Below, piece after piece: positions 1 through 13,386 of a stretch of 64,000 bases of DNA (position 1 is its first letter; each line of letters starts with the position of its first letter). The translations under genes and the position numbers were made by a program. Source of the stretch: Eledone cirrhosa (Eukaryota). The stretch lies in the NCBI GenBank assembly GCA_964016885.1, contig OZ024742.1, positions 179,180,001 through 179,244,000 on the forward strand, written 5' to 3'. Below the pieces are notes generated by a model, which had not been told where the DNA came from, did no database searches, and saw only the letters and a program-made list of their open reading frames with translations.

Positions 1-273
1 TTTCAAATTATTTTTACGAATTATAAAGGGTGAGGGGTAAATATACCATACAGTCACGAATGACCATGCATTTTTCACATAGAAAATTCCTCTCGGAGGC
101 ACAAGACCGAGAAAGGGGTTTTTGTGGAAGACCAGCTGTTGTTCATGCATACCAGTCTCAACTCTCCACGCCACCGTTATTGTCCAAAGGAAAGACAAAG
201 GTCAATAGGGCTCGGCAACACTCATACCATATATACATAGACATATACATATATACATATATATACATATATA

Positions 274-385
274 CCTGGGACGAGGTGATAAAAAATGATC
301 TTGCCCACCTACACCTCTCTAAGACAATGACACTGGATCGAGACCTTTTGGCGCTATGCAGTTGTACAGAAGACCCGACTACCAT
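274..385 (+). mobile_element. RTE-clade LINE 3' coding remnant
   Basis: Reads TWDEVIKNDLAHLHLSKTMTLDRDL, resembling the RTE C-terminal 'KTW.E.VK.DL...DR..W' pattern; frameshifted and truncated. Confidence 0.55.
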
Positions 386-559
386 TGCATACAAACCTAC
401 AGTCAGTAGGCTCCTCTTAATTCAATGTACACCCCACCTCCACACCCTACCCCACCATCCCTCTCCCGTTCCGCCCACTGTGTCGATGACACAACAGTTC
501 ACACTATAAGGTGGTCGTGTAGGAGACACGATGAAAAGGCTCTCAGGCCACACTGTAAA

Positions 560-726
560 TGTGGATGGTGTTAGGAAGGTGTAAAATAAAACCTGCCAGA
601 GACACTTCGGTGCGAACGAGACATGGTCTCCCGACCATTCCCGTATCAAATGGAACAAAACCGTCTAAGTCATGCTAGCGTGGAAGATGGACGTTAAACG
701 ATGATGATGATGATGATGATGATGAT
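560..726 (+). mobile_element. SINE/RTE-type 3' portion with (GAT)n tail
   Basis: ggtgttaggaagg...ggacgttaaac followed by (gat)n at about 699-726. Confidence 0.55.
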
Positions 727-736
727 TATATATATA

Positions 737-769
<33 letters not shown>

Positions 770-774
<5 letters not shown>

Positions 775-940
775 GTTTCTACTTTTGGCACAAGGCCAAC
801 AATTATCCCAGTGCATTATTGGAACTTCATTTAATCGACCCCGTAAGGATGAAAGGCAAAGTTAACCTCGGCGGGATTTGAACTCAGATCGTAAAGGCCC
901 GAACTCCATGATACAAAGCATGGCGTTCGACCCTCTATCG
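770..940 (-). mobile_element. tRNA-derived SINE with Meta-like central domain
   Basis: Reverse complement has B-box GAGTTCAAATCCC then TTTGCCTTTCATCCTTACGGGGTCGA..., matching many copies in the window. Confidence 0.85.
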
Positions 941-942
941 TT

Positions 943-1033
943 AAGTTTGCCTTTCATCCTTACGGGGTCGATAAAATAAAGTACCAGTAATGCACTGGGT
1001 AATTGCTGGCCTTGTGCCCAAAGTAGAAATAAT
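943..1033 (+). mobile_element. Partial copy of the same SINE, inverted relative to 770-940
   Basis: tttgcctttcatccttacggggtcgataaaataaagtaccag...gtagaaataatt. Confidence 0.85.
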
Positions 1034-1304
1034 TTTATATATATAGTTTTGAAATAATTAATATTGTTCCTTGAATTCCAACAACCATGGTTGAGCTACT
1101 ATATGAGTAAAACTGACTTATTTTAGTCGAGCTAGCTATCCCTCCCCAAATCGAGATTTTGGCTTAGGTTTAACATATATATATATACACAAATATAAAT
1201 ATATGCATACATACATACTATTTATATGTAAATATATATATGTGTGTGTGTGTATGTGGCTGCATGTGTGTGAGAGAGAAAGAGAGAAAGAGGGAGAGAG
1301 AGTG

Positions 1305-1362
<58 letters not shown>

Positions 1363-1719
1363 AAGTGAAAGAGAGAGCGTATCTCTGTGTGTGTTATCAA
1401 CCAATTACTCTTATCTAATTTTCTGGTTCCCAACCCTTTTATATAAAATGAGTTAAAAATTGGCGTTTTATTATCTTACGATCGCCGGATACTTTCAAGA
1501 ACACCGCTACATCACCGCCATACCTTTTAGAAACATCAAAGAGGAAGCTACGAAATGGAGTGAGGTGTGTAATGTTGGTAGAGGGCAGGTCTGGTAGTAG
1601 AATCATACGTTGGTACTGGTAGTAGGGATACTAGTGTGTTAAGTTCTTTGCTGCCTCAAATGTTGTTAAGGCATATGTGTGTGAACGTATAGTATATATA
1701 TATTACTGAACCCCCCACT

Positions 1720-1768
<49 letters not shown>

Positions 1769-1772
<4 letters not shown>

Positions 1773-2005
1773 TTAGTTATACTATTTATGGTTATGTAAA
1801 TACAAAACCTTATGCAGTTATAAGTATTTTTTATATATTTTTTATATACACCCTAAATAGTGGTAGGCAGTAATGTATTACTACCTTATTACCAGTAAGT
1901 TAAGTAGCTCAATGTAAATAGATTGCTCCGAAGAATCCAAACTTCGGTTTGGAGGAAACAGCTGTAAGCACAATAATGTTTTGAACAGTTCTTTGATTCT
2001 TATAT
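1769..2005 (+). mobile_element. PLE terminus relic, family B (inverted tail joined to hammerhead segment)
   Basis: 1769-1917 resembles 13143-13268 and the reverse complement of 36548-36680; 1920-2005 resembles 14460-14540; (TA)n on both sides. Confidence 0.7.
1924..1970 (+). ncRNA. Minimal type-I hammerhead motif, CCGAAGA variant core (family B)
   Basis: tgct CCGAAGA a tccaaac-ttcg-gtttgga g GAAA cagctg TA agca; palindromic helix III ACAGCTGT. Confidence 0.7.
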
Positions 2006-2483
2006 TTCATATATTTCATATATATATATATATATATTTAGGTTTGTTGGTTCACCACTGGATAGAACTGGTCATTCCGTATGGTCAACCTTGATATACT
2101 ACTAGGGAGAGCACTCGACGTAATGCAACTCACACGTCTTCGTTTGTATTGTTGGTGGTGCGAGTACGGAGTTAATTATTATAAAATAACACCAGGCTGG
2201 ACTAGTGTAATTCCTTAAAGGTTTATTATACTATGAAAATTTGAATGACAGGGTTCAGTATGAATCGGGTGACATCATCAGGTATTCGAAATTTAACAAA
2301 GGGATATAATAAACACAATCAAAGGGGTTGAAAAGCAGAGAGAGACGCCCAAGACGAGAAGGCGGCCAATAATTAACAGTTGCTAGACGGGTAGCCGCCT
2401 TCCAGTGAAGACTCTACTTAGTCTTGTCTTGTCGTTCTGATCAGTGGCCGTAGTTTATAGTGTATATTATCACAACCACCCCG

Positions 2484-3391
<908 letters not shown>

Positions 3392-3405
3392 TTTCGTTTC
3401 TGAAT

Positions 3406-5415
3406 TTGTTTAGCAAGATTCTTTATCTGAAATCGTGTGTTGAAACCGATATTGTTATACTTTGGGAGGGTCATGTTGCCAATAAGAAACACACGCACCA
3501 GTTGCTTTCACTTCAATTTGCGTTGTATGGGCTTCGTAAAGACCATAAAACGGGCTGGGACCCTGTCGCGGGACCACCAACACGGCCAGTCTGTGGGGCT
3601 AACATTGCTAGTAACTACAGACTGTCCTACTTCCTCTCTCTGATCATACGCCCCATCATTGAGATGTCCCCAGATGTGTGTGACAGCACGGAGGACCTCC
3701 TCAGCAGAATCGGCGCGGGTAACCGATCTGGGGACCTAACAAACTGCATAATAGGCAGTATGGATGTTGTGTCCCTGTATCCATCTATTGACGTGGATTT
3801 TGCTGTAGAGAAATGCGTCGAAATGATCAGCGAGAGCAAGGTTGAGTTCCGTGGGATTGATACCAGTGAGCTGGGACTTCTACTTAAGCTTACCCATAGT
3901 AATAGTTACCTAGACACTTATGACCTTAGCAACCTGTGCCCTACAAGACCAGCAAGAGGCAGACCACCTACCATTACCTCAATGGCCAAGAAAACCCACA
4001 CAGATAGATGGAACGGGTGGACCAGAGCCATACGGACACCCGAAAACCACGATGAACTGAAGAAAATGATTGCACATGCGGTAGGGGCCAGCATAAAACT
4101 AACCCTTAAGGAACATATGTTCAAATTTAATGGTAAAACATATGCCCAAGAGGAAGGAGCAGCCATTGGTGTTAGCATTGCAGGCGACATAGCTAACTTA
4201 TTCATGGTATGGTGGGACAGTAGACTTAAACAAAAACTTAATGAACAATTAGAAGACAGCTTAACCCTGATAATGTACTCCCGCTACGTAGATGATATAA
4301 ACATCGTAGTTAAGACACCCCCACTAAAGAACAGTCAGGAACTAGAGAAAAACACAATGGAAAGCATCCAGCAAATAGCAAACTCCATCCACCAGAGCAT
4401 TAGAGTTACTATAGACTACCCAAGTAGACACCCCAACCATCGATTACCTGTACTAGACACAGAGCTCTGGTTAGATACTATTAACAACCAAAAACAAATC
4501 CTCCATTCCCATTATGCCAAACCCATGACTTCCAAACATCTGATCCACCGAAACTCGGCCATTTCGGACCATACCAAAATCAACATACTGATTGCGGATT
4601 TGGTACGGGTGATGAGAAATGTGTCCCGCATGTGCAACCCCGAAGAACTAGAGAGACACATACAACACTTCATCCACCGTATGCAGTTCTCTGGCTACAA
4701 TCAGAGAGATAGAATCAGAGTGTATAAAGGAGCCAGAACCAAATGGGAAAAAATGGTAAATAATGACATAAATGGGACCTGCCCCTTGTATAGGAGCAAA
4801 TTTTGGAATAGAATAGAAAGAACTAAGAACAAGGCCAATAGAATAAACTCATGGTATGATAGCAATAAATACCAGAGTGTAATGTTCATCAATACAACCC
4901 CTAGAGGCGAACTAGCCTACAAATTTAGAAGGGCCCTAAAGAAACATAATCTCAATATTAAGATAGTAGAAAGACCTGGTACCTCCGTAAAAACACTTAT
5001 TAGCAAGACATACCCGTTCCAAAGACCCTCATGTATAGATAAGAAATGTATAACCTGTAAAATAAGCCCCCATATTAACTGTAAAACTAGAAATGTAGTA
5101 TATAGCATAAGATGTACTGAAGGACAATGTAGAAACAAAAATGTAGTGTACATAGGTGAGACAGCTCGTAGTATAGGGGAACGAATAAATGAACACTGGC
5201 GAGACCTCCAAGATAGTAAAGAATCATCTGTGCTCTACCAACATGCTAAGATAGAACACAGGGGTAAATTAGAGAGCATAGAAATAAAAATAGAATCCAC
5301 ACACAAGAAAGACGCAATGTTTAGGCAAATTACAGAGGCAGTAAGCATAAAAGAATTAAAACCAAAATTAAATAGAAAATATGAGTGGAACAGCAACATC
5401 ACAACTTACAATTAA
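3406..5415 (+). CDS. PLE reverse transcriptase + Cys-rich linker + GIY-YIG endonuclease, N-terminally truncated (first ~38 codons derive from the inverted pLTR)
   Basis: RT motifs [59 protein letters not shown]; linker C..KKC..C...NC; endonuclease VVY..C...[16 protein letters not shown]...ITEA...LN. Start is TTG; first in-frame ATG is at about 3664. Confidence 0.93.
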   Translation: MFSKILYLKSCVETDIVILWEGHVANKKHTHQLLSLQFALYGLRKDHKTGWDPVAGPPTRPVCGANIASNYRLSYFLSLIIRPIIEMSPDVCDSTEDLLSRIGAGNRSGDLTNCIIGSMDVVSLYPSIDVDFAVEKCVEMISESKVEFRGIDTSELGLLLKLTHSNSYLDTYDLSNLCPTRPARGRPPTITSMAKKTHTDRWNGWTRAIRTPENHDELKKMIAHAVGASIKLTLKEHMFKFNGKTYAQEEGAAIGVSIAGDIANLFMVWWDSRLKQKLNEQLEDSLTLIMYSRYVDDINIVVKTPPLKNSQELEKNTMESIQQIANSIHQSIRVTIDYPSRHPNHRLPVLDTELWLDTINNQKQILHSHYAKPMTSKHLIHRNSAISDHTKINILIADLVRVMRNVSRMCNPEELERHIQHFIHRMQFSGYNQRDRIRVYKGARTKWEKMVNNDINGTCPLYRSKFWNRIERTKNKANRINSWYDSNKYQSVMFINTTPRGELAYKFRRALKKHNLNIKIVERPGTSVKTLISKTYPFQRPSCIDKKCITCKISPHINCKTRNVVYSIRCTEGQCRNKNVVYIGETARSIGERINEHWRDLQDSKESSVLYQHAKIEHRGKLESIEIKIESTHKKDAMFRQITEAVSIKELKPKLNRKYEWNSNITTYN

Positions 5416-5720
5416 GGACAAAATGAAAACACACACACACATAGAACAAACAACTTACAATTGAAAACACACACAAAATGAAAACACACACAAGACAAAA
5501 TGAAAACACACACACACATAGAACAAACAACCAACCAACAATAAATAAATAAATAAACAAACAAATAGAAAAATATAAATAGAAAAATAGAAAAATGAAC
5601 ACAAACACACACAGACACCCGGATGTGGCGCATGCACAAACTGAGCACGCAACCCACACACAAACAAAATGGCGTAGGATAGAAGAAAGGAAAGACACAG
5701 AAACGAAGAACGAAATCCCC

Positions 5721-5765
5721 AGTCACTGAAGAGGTCACAGAGTGTGTGACGAAAGAACTATGACT
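5721..5765 (+). ncRNA. Minimal type-I hammerhead ribozyme in the PLE-A pLTR (family A)
   Basis: agtca CTGAAGA g gtcaca-gagtg-tgtgac GAAA gaac TA tgact; stems I and II pair perfectly. Confidence 0.85.
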
Positions 5766-5916
5766 ATATATATATAAACAACTATCTGGTTGTGGAACCA
5801 ACCAACCAACCAGAAATTTATAAATTTGTAAATTTATAAATATTTAATAAATTAAATTGAAGTGAAAGCAACTGGTGCGTGTGTTTCTTATTGGCAACAT
5901 GACCCTCCCAAAGTAT

Positions 5917-7156
<1,240 letters not shown>

Positions 7157-7200
7157 CCATATAGAAGGATTTAAATGGATACAGTTTAGTTAAAAGGAAT

Positions 7201-7321
7201 TTATTGACACGTGTTTCAATAACAGTTACATAACCTGAAAACACCTGCTATCTACAAAGTATTAGTTATGCAGACATTCATTATTTCAATGTGATTATCA
7301 ACTGTAATTTCATCAGAATAA
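7201..7321 (-). ncRNA. Hammerhead with long loop II (family C), inverted copy
   Basis: Reverse complement of 7930-8050. Confidence 0.75.
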
Positions 7322-7929
7322 TTTTATTGGGGACCTGTTTGGTTTTTATAGAGAATATTAGGAGGCAGCTGTTTTCAGGTTATGTAACTGTTATTGAAAC
7401 ACGTGTCAATAAATTCCTTTTAACTAAACTGTATCCATTTAAATCCTTCTATTTTCTCCGGATTACTTTTGAAACTACAACTGGAACCGTCGAGCAAACT
7501 CTACGTGAGCTGTCCATCTACTGTGTGTAATATTCATATTACAACACTACGGAAAATACTGTATATTTACCTCCTGTAAAGTCGAGCAACCCACACAGCA
7601 AACGCAACCACAACAATGGAAAAACACTACCTGGATATGTCACTCAAAAACATACCAACCCAAGGTAAAAGGGAATACTTATTGAGTATGATTCAAAAAA
7701 CTAATGAATTCGACGTGTCAGGTGGAAAACGCTCCACTATGATAGAAGCCGTATGAACTCACCATCAGAAAGTGGTGTAAACAACAAATTTGGTTTTAGA
7801 ACGTGTAAAAGCCCACCCACTAATCCACTATTGGATGCATTTGAGCAGGACCTTATGGACTTAATCCTTAACAACTTCACCCCTCCCTCCTAATATTCTC
7901 TATAAAAACCAAACAGGTCCTCAATAAAA

Positions 7930-8050
7930 TTATTCTGATGAAATGACAGTTGATAATAACATTGAAATATTGAATGTCTGCATAACTAATACTTTGTAGA
8001 TAGCAGGTGTTTTCAGGTTATGTAACTGTTATTGAAACACGTGTCAATAA
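7930..8050 (+). ncRNA. Type-I hammerhead with ~72-nt loop II (family C)
   Basis: ttatt CTGATGA aatgacagtt [7952-8023] aactgttatt GAAA cacgtg TC aataa; palindromic helix III ACACGTGT. Confidence 0.8.
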
Positions 8051-8207
8051 ATTCCTTTTAACTAAACTGTATCCATTTAAATCCTTCAATTTTCTCCAGA
8101 TTACTTTTGAAACTACAACTGGAACCGTCGAGCAAACTCTACGTGAGCTGTCCATCTACTGTGTGTAATATTCATATTACAACACTACGGAAAATACTGT
8201 ATATATA

Positions 8208-8298
<91 letters not shown>

Positions 8299-8306
8299 AT
8301 ATATAT

Positions 8307-8358
<52 letters not shown>

Positions 8359-8366
8359 ATATATAT

Positions 8367-8406
<40 letters not shown>

Positions 8407-8407
8407 T

Positions 8408-8489
<82 letters not shown>

Positions 8490-8490
<1 letters not shown>

Positions 8491-8721
8491 TTCATTTCTG
8501 AATTTGTTTAGCAAGATTCTTTATCTGAAATCGTGTGTTAAAACCGATATTGTTATACTTTGGGAGGGTCATGTTGCCAATAAGAAACACACGCACCAGT
8601 GGCTTTCACTTCAATTTATTATAATAAATTTAAAATAAATTTATTATAATAAATTGAAGTGAAAGCAACTGGTGCGTGTGTTTCTTATTGGCAACATCAC
8701 CCTCCCAAAGTATAACAATAT
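8490..8721. mobile_element. Fold-back relic made only of two PLE-A termini
   Basis: 8547-8630 and 8636-8721 are near-perfect inverted copies of the PLE-A end; the left arm has an extra tail (8490-8546) matching 3392-3448. Confidence 0.9.
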
Positions 8722-8750
8722 ATATATATATTTATATATATATATAATAT

Positions 8751-8817
<67 letters not shown>

Positions 8818-8819
8818 CA

Positions 8820-8900
<81 letters not shown>

Positions 8901-10270
8901 CATATGAAAATGTTCAAGACCCCGATGGCAGAGCTCGAGCAGTTTCGACGGCTATTTCTGGACTAAATTAGATTTTTAACGTGGTAATACATAGTCGAAC
9001 TTTTCAAGGGGTAATTCCATATATGGGAAGATTGTAGTTGTCAAAAGGATTGGTCAAAATTTCTTGTAAACACAATTAAATCTCCAACAAAGCCTATATA
9101 GGATTAATCGCTTGTGACTTTAAGACGCTGCTCTACCAACACCGATATACGTTCAGAAACCCGGCCCGGCGACATGCCACCTCACTTTCGGGCCACATCT
9201 GGGACCTCCAAGATAATAACATCACATACCATCTTACTTGGTGCTTACTTTCCAGGGCTAACTCCTACACGGGAGAACGCCGTCCGTGTAATTCATGCTC
9301 GGAGGAAACAATACAAATGCTGTTTACGAAGGACCAATTCCTAAACAAAAAAGACGAACTTGTAACCGCATGTAAACACCGATTGCGAGGACTTACCTCG
9401 CCCTCAAACCCCCTCATGAACCGAGTGGGTAGACAATCGCTGTAACATACTTCTTTTCCCCAATTGCCGAACAAGATAGGGGAAACCCCAGCATACATAG
9501 GTAGATATACTTCTTTTCTTTTTTCCCTTTATCTCTTCTTCTCACTTCCTTCCACTCCCTCTCCTCTTCCGTTTCCTTTTCCCTCTTTCGCTTACCCTTA
9601 GGCAGCTCATCGGGCTCTTGTAGCCTCAGTACCCCCACCCCAGTAAATTCTATATAGCATTGGCCGAAAACGCTATACCGGCTAAAAATATAGCAGCGGT
9701 TTTAGACCCTAGTTTTTAAAATTATTTTTATTATTTAATTTTTTAATATTATTTTTATTTATTATTTTAAATTTTTTTAATTTCAATTTATTAACTTTTT
9801 AATTTTTTTATTTTTCTATTTTATAACTTCCCACTCTCAGATTCCTCTAGAATTCTTTTTTCGCCTGCTTTCTAGCTAGCCTAATTTCTTCCACACTCCT
9901 TAGAATTTGCTGTATAGATTTCACTTTCAACGCTTGACCGGCTCCACCCACTCCCTCATTGTTCTACAGGCAAGTTCAGCCACCAAAAACCTCTAACCCA
10001 CCGCCATGAAAGATTTAATTGTGTTTACAAGAAATTTTGACCAATCCTTCTGACAACTACAATCTTCCCATATATGGAATTACCCCTTCAAAAGTTCGGC
10101 TATTTATTATCACGCTAAAAATCTAATTTAGCCCAAAAATAGCCGTCGAAACGGCTTCAGTTCTATCGTCGGGGTCTTGAACATTTTCATATTACCCATT
10201 CTACTAACCTAAGTATTGAGTACTCTGGTGCGTTATGGTCCACCTTGTTCCTTACCACACTTCCTTCGTT
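8901..10270 (+). mobile_element. 5'-truncated Naiad-like PLE with inverted pLTR and GIY-YIG C-terminal remnant
   Basis: 8901-9082 is an inverted copy of about 10010-10192; 9088-9390 reads KAYIGLIACDFK..ATSLSGHIWDLQD..FLNKKDELVTACKHR across frameshifts; tail shared with 28148-28230, 38440-38522 and 59445-59530. Confidence 0.75.
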
Positions 10271-10280
10271 ATATATATAT

Positions 10281-10562
10281 CAGGGGCGAAGGGTGCGTGT
10301 ATGGAACGCATGCAGTGCATGCGTTATAGAATCTTGAGTTGATCAATTGCGTCGGTTGAAGCAAGCAGAATTTTGGCTGCTTACTAAATCGTAGACACAT
10401 AAAAAGATAACACACACACACACACTAGATAACACTACATGCGGCTTTGACCGGGAGGGTCATTTAGAGGGATTTGGGGGAGGGGGGGGTAAGGCTGCAC
10501 AGCCCCACTTTCCGCCATGGGGATTGGACTACATGCCATGCTTTCCAGGTTACCCCTCGCCA

Positions 10563-10565
<3 letters not shown>
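10281..10565. mobile_element. MITE-like DNA transposon with hAT-like TIRs, in (TA)n
   Basis: Left end CAGGGGCGAAGGGT; right end reverse complement CAGTGGCGAGGGGT (12/14 match); TSD cannot be resolved within the TA repeat. Confidence 0.6.
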
Positions 10566-10631
<66 letters not shown>

Positions 10632-10636
<5 letters not shown>

Positions 10637-11405
10637 ATAAAGAAATACAGATACATGCGAACACATACATATACATGAATATATCCACATATATCCATGA
10701 ATTTGTGGTGCCAGCCTTAAATGTTGTTGCTCTATGAATAACTGGGACAAAATAATCCGAATGGATTAGATTGATTCAGTATCAGAGCTATATAATACAT
10801 TATAAAGAAAGAAGAAACATTAGATATAATTAATAATCTAATCCATTCGGATTATTTTGTCCCAGTTATTCATAGAGCAACAACGGTTAAGGTTGGCACC
10901 ACAAATTCAGGGATGTATGTGGATATATTCATGTATATGTATGTGTTCGCATGTATCTGTGTATTTCTATTTTTTTTAACTCCCTATGGTAGAGTAACCA
11001 CTGAAGTGTAATGACTGCTGGATAGCTTTCATTACTCATCAAACTTCTCGCCATCCTAGCCATCTCTTCTACGGCTTTGATATAAATATCCCGTCCGCCT
11101 TTTGTGGTATTTTTTTCTTGGTTGTAACAGGCTTAGCTCTGTTTCTTGACCGCTGTATCACGTGATTGACTCCCCCTCCGCCTTTCAGGATTCTATCTCG
11201 CGTCCTACGGATGTGTTTTGAAACTCTAAATGAGGTATCCTCTTGATAAGTCGGCAAACCTCACAAAAATACTGTATCTCTGCGATGTAGTGTTTTTGCA
11301 TAATATGCCACGAAACTACGTAGTCGAGGAGTAATGTAGAAATTTGGGTATGGTATATCTTATTAATTATATCTAATGTTTCTTCTTTCTTTATAATGTA
11401 TTATA
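10632..11405 (+). mobile_element. PLE terminal relic (family D) with double inversion
   Basis: 10641-10771 is inverted against 10836-10968; 10789-10836 is inverted against 11359-11405; related to 47155-47625 on the minus strand. Confidence 0.7.
11238..11330 (+). ncRNA. Hammerhead with U3-A8 core (UUGAUAA) and long loop II (family D)
   Basis: tcctc TTGATAA gtcggca...tgccac GAAA ctacgtag TC gagga; palindromic helix III; GUC cleavage triplet. Confidence 0.8.
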
Positions 11406-11541
11406 TATATATATTTCTTTTGAATTGAGTTTGAATTATTTTCCCACATCTTATGTTAATTATTTTCCATTTTGACGTTATAGTCACTTATATATTATAA
11501 AATACTGTTGGATCCTTGCTCACATTAATTTATATATTTTC

Positions 11542-11595
<54 letters not shown>

Positions 11596-11829
11596 ACAGG
11601 GAGAAAGAGACGATTATTAGGAAGAAAAATACTTTTTTTTCCTTTTTTGTTTCTCTCTAGTTTTTCTGGGTTAGATAATGATTAAAACGAAACGTTTTAC
11701 TTTGTGTGGAGTGTTAAGGTATTAGTTGATTTATTTAAAAATTAACAATGACATTTATTTATCTATTTATATATATATACATATATATATATCCTAACTC
11801 GTGTGCTTCCTCTCCACATTTTATTATTA

Positions 11830-12533
<704 letters not shown>

Positions 12534-12678
12534 ACAGTCAATGGTAAACATTGAGGACCGAATGAATTAACTGTGAATATATATAAAACATACAGAACTG
12601 AAAACCAACCAAACAGTGAGTGTCTTCTGTTATTATTTCTGGCAATACTATTACAACAATATGACCATCCCCAAGTAT

Positions 12679-12716
<38 letters not shown>

Positions 12717-12799
12717 ATAATAATAAATTTGAAGACTAAAATCCAAAGAGGGCTCGATAAGGATAAATATATATCAAATATATAAGAACCATAGAGCAA

Positions 12800-12944
12800 A
12801 TATTTATTAAAATAACAGATTAAAGTTTAAGCAAAGAATTGCTGCTTTCACCCTTAACGGGATCTTCTGAGTTTCAGAAGATCCCGTTAAGGGTGAAAGC
12901 AGCGATTCTTTGCTTAAACTTTAATCTGTTATTTTAATAAATAT
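12800..12944. repeat. Near-perfect hairpin, ~71-bp arms with a 3-nt spacer
   Basis: 12800-12870 versus 12874-12944; the right arm runs into (TA)n. Confidence 0.9.
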
Positions 12945-13339
12945 ATATATATATAGATACATATATACATATATACAGCTGAAGCCGTATATTATAATCA
13001 CTTATAATATCAATCGGATATTGTATTATAAAAGGCTTCATCCTTGAGTGATCACAATGAGCATCTTCTTCTATGTGTGGATGTAGGTGCAAACACGCAC
13101 ACGCACACACACACATATATATATATATATACATATATATATAGTATTAAGGATACTATTTATGGTTATGCAAATACAAAAACCATTTGTAGTTATATAT
13201 ATTTTTACCAACCCTAAATAGTGATAGGCTACAACCTTATTACCAGTAAGTTAAATAGCTCAATGTAATAACATCAGATGTTTTACAGAGCAGTTATATA
13301 TAAGTTATAAGAATCAAAGTTCTGTTCAAATCATTTATA

Positions 13340-13386
13340 TGCTTACAGTTGTTTCCTCCAAACCGAGGTTTGGATTCTTCGGAGCA
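13340..13386 (-). ncRNA. Hammerhead family B, inverted copy
   Basis: Reverse complement of 14463-14509. Confidence 0.7.

Larger units (their letters stand above)
3392..5924 (+). mobile_element. Penelope-like element PLE-A, 5'-truncated, with inverted pLTR segment at the 5' end, inserted in (TA)n
   Basis: RT + GIY-YIG ORF; 3449-3519 is the reverse complement of 5854-5924; hammerhead at 5721-5765; (TA)n on both sides. Confidence 0.93.

Noticed and set aside
3449-5924. DNA transposon with TIRs and a TA target duplication
   Set aside because: The internal ORF is RT + GIY-YIG, not a transposase; the inverted ends are pLTR copies of unequal length.
12874-12912. Hammerhead-like CAGAAGA t ccc-gttaa-ggg t GAAA
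   Set aside because: Altered position 4, no UH cleavage site and no stem I; at most a decayed relic.
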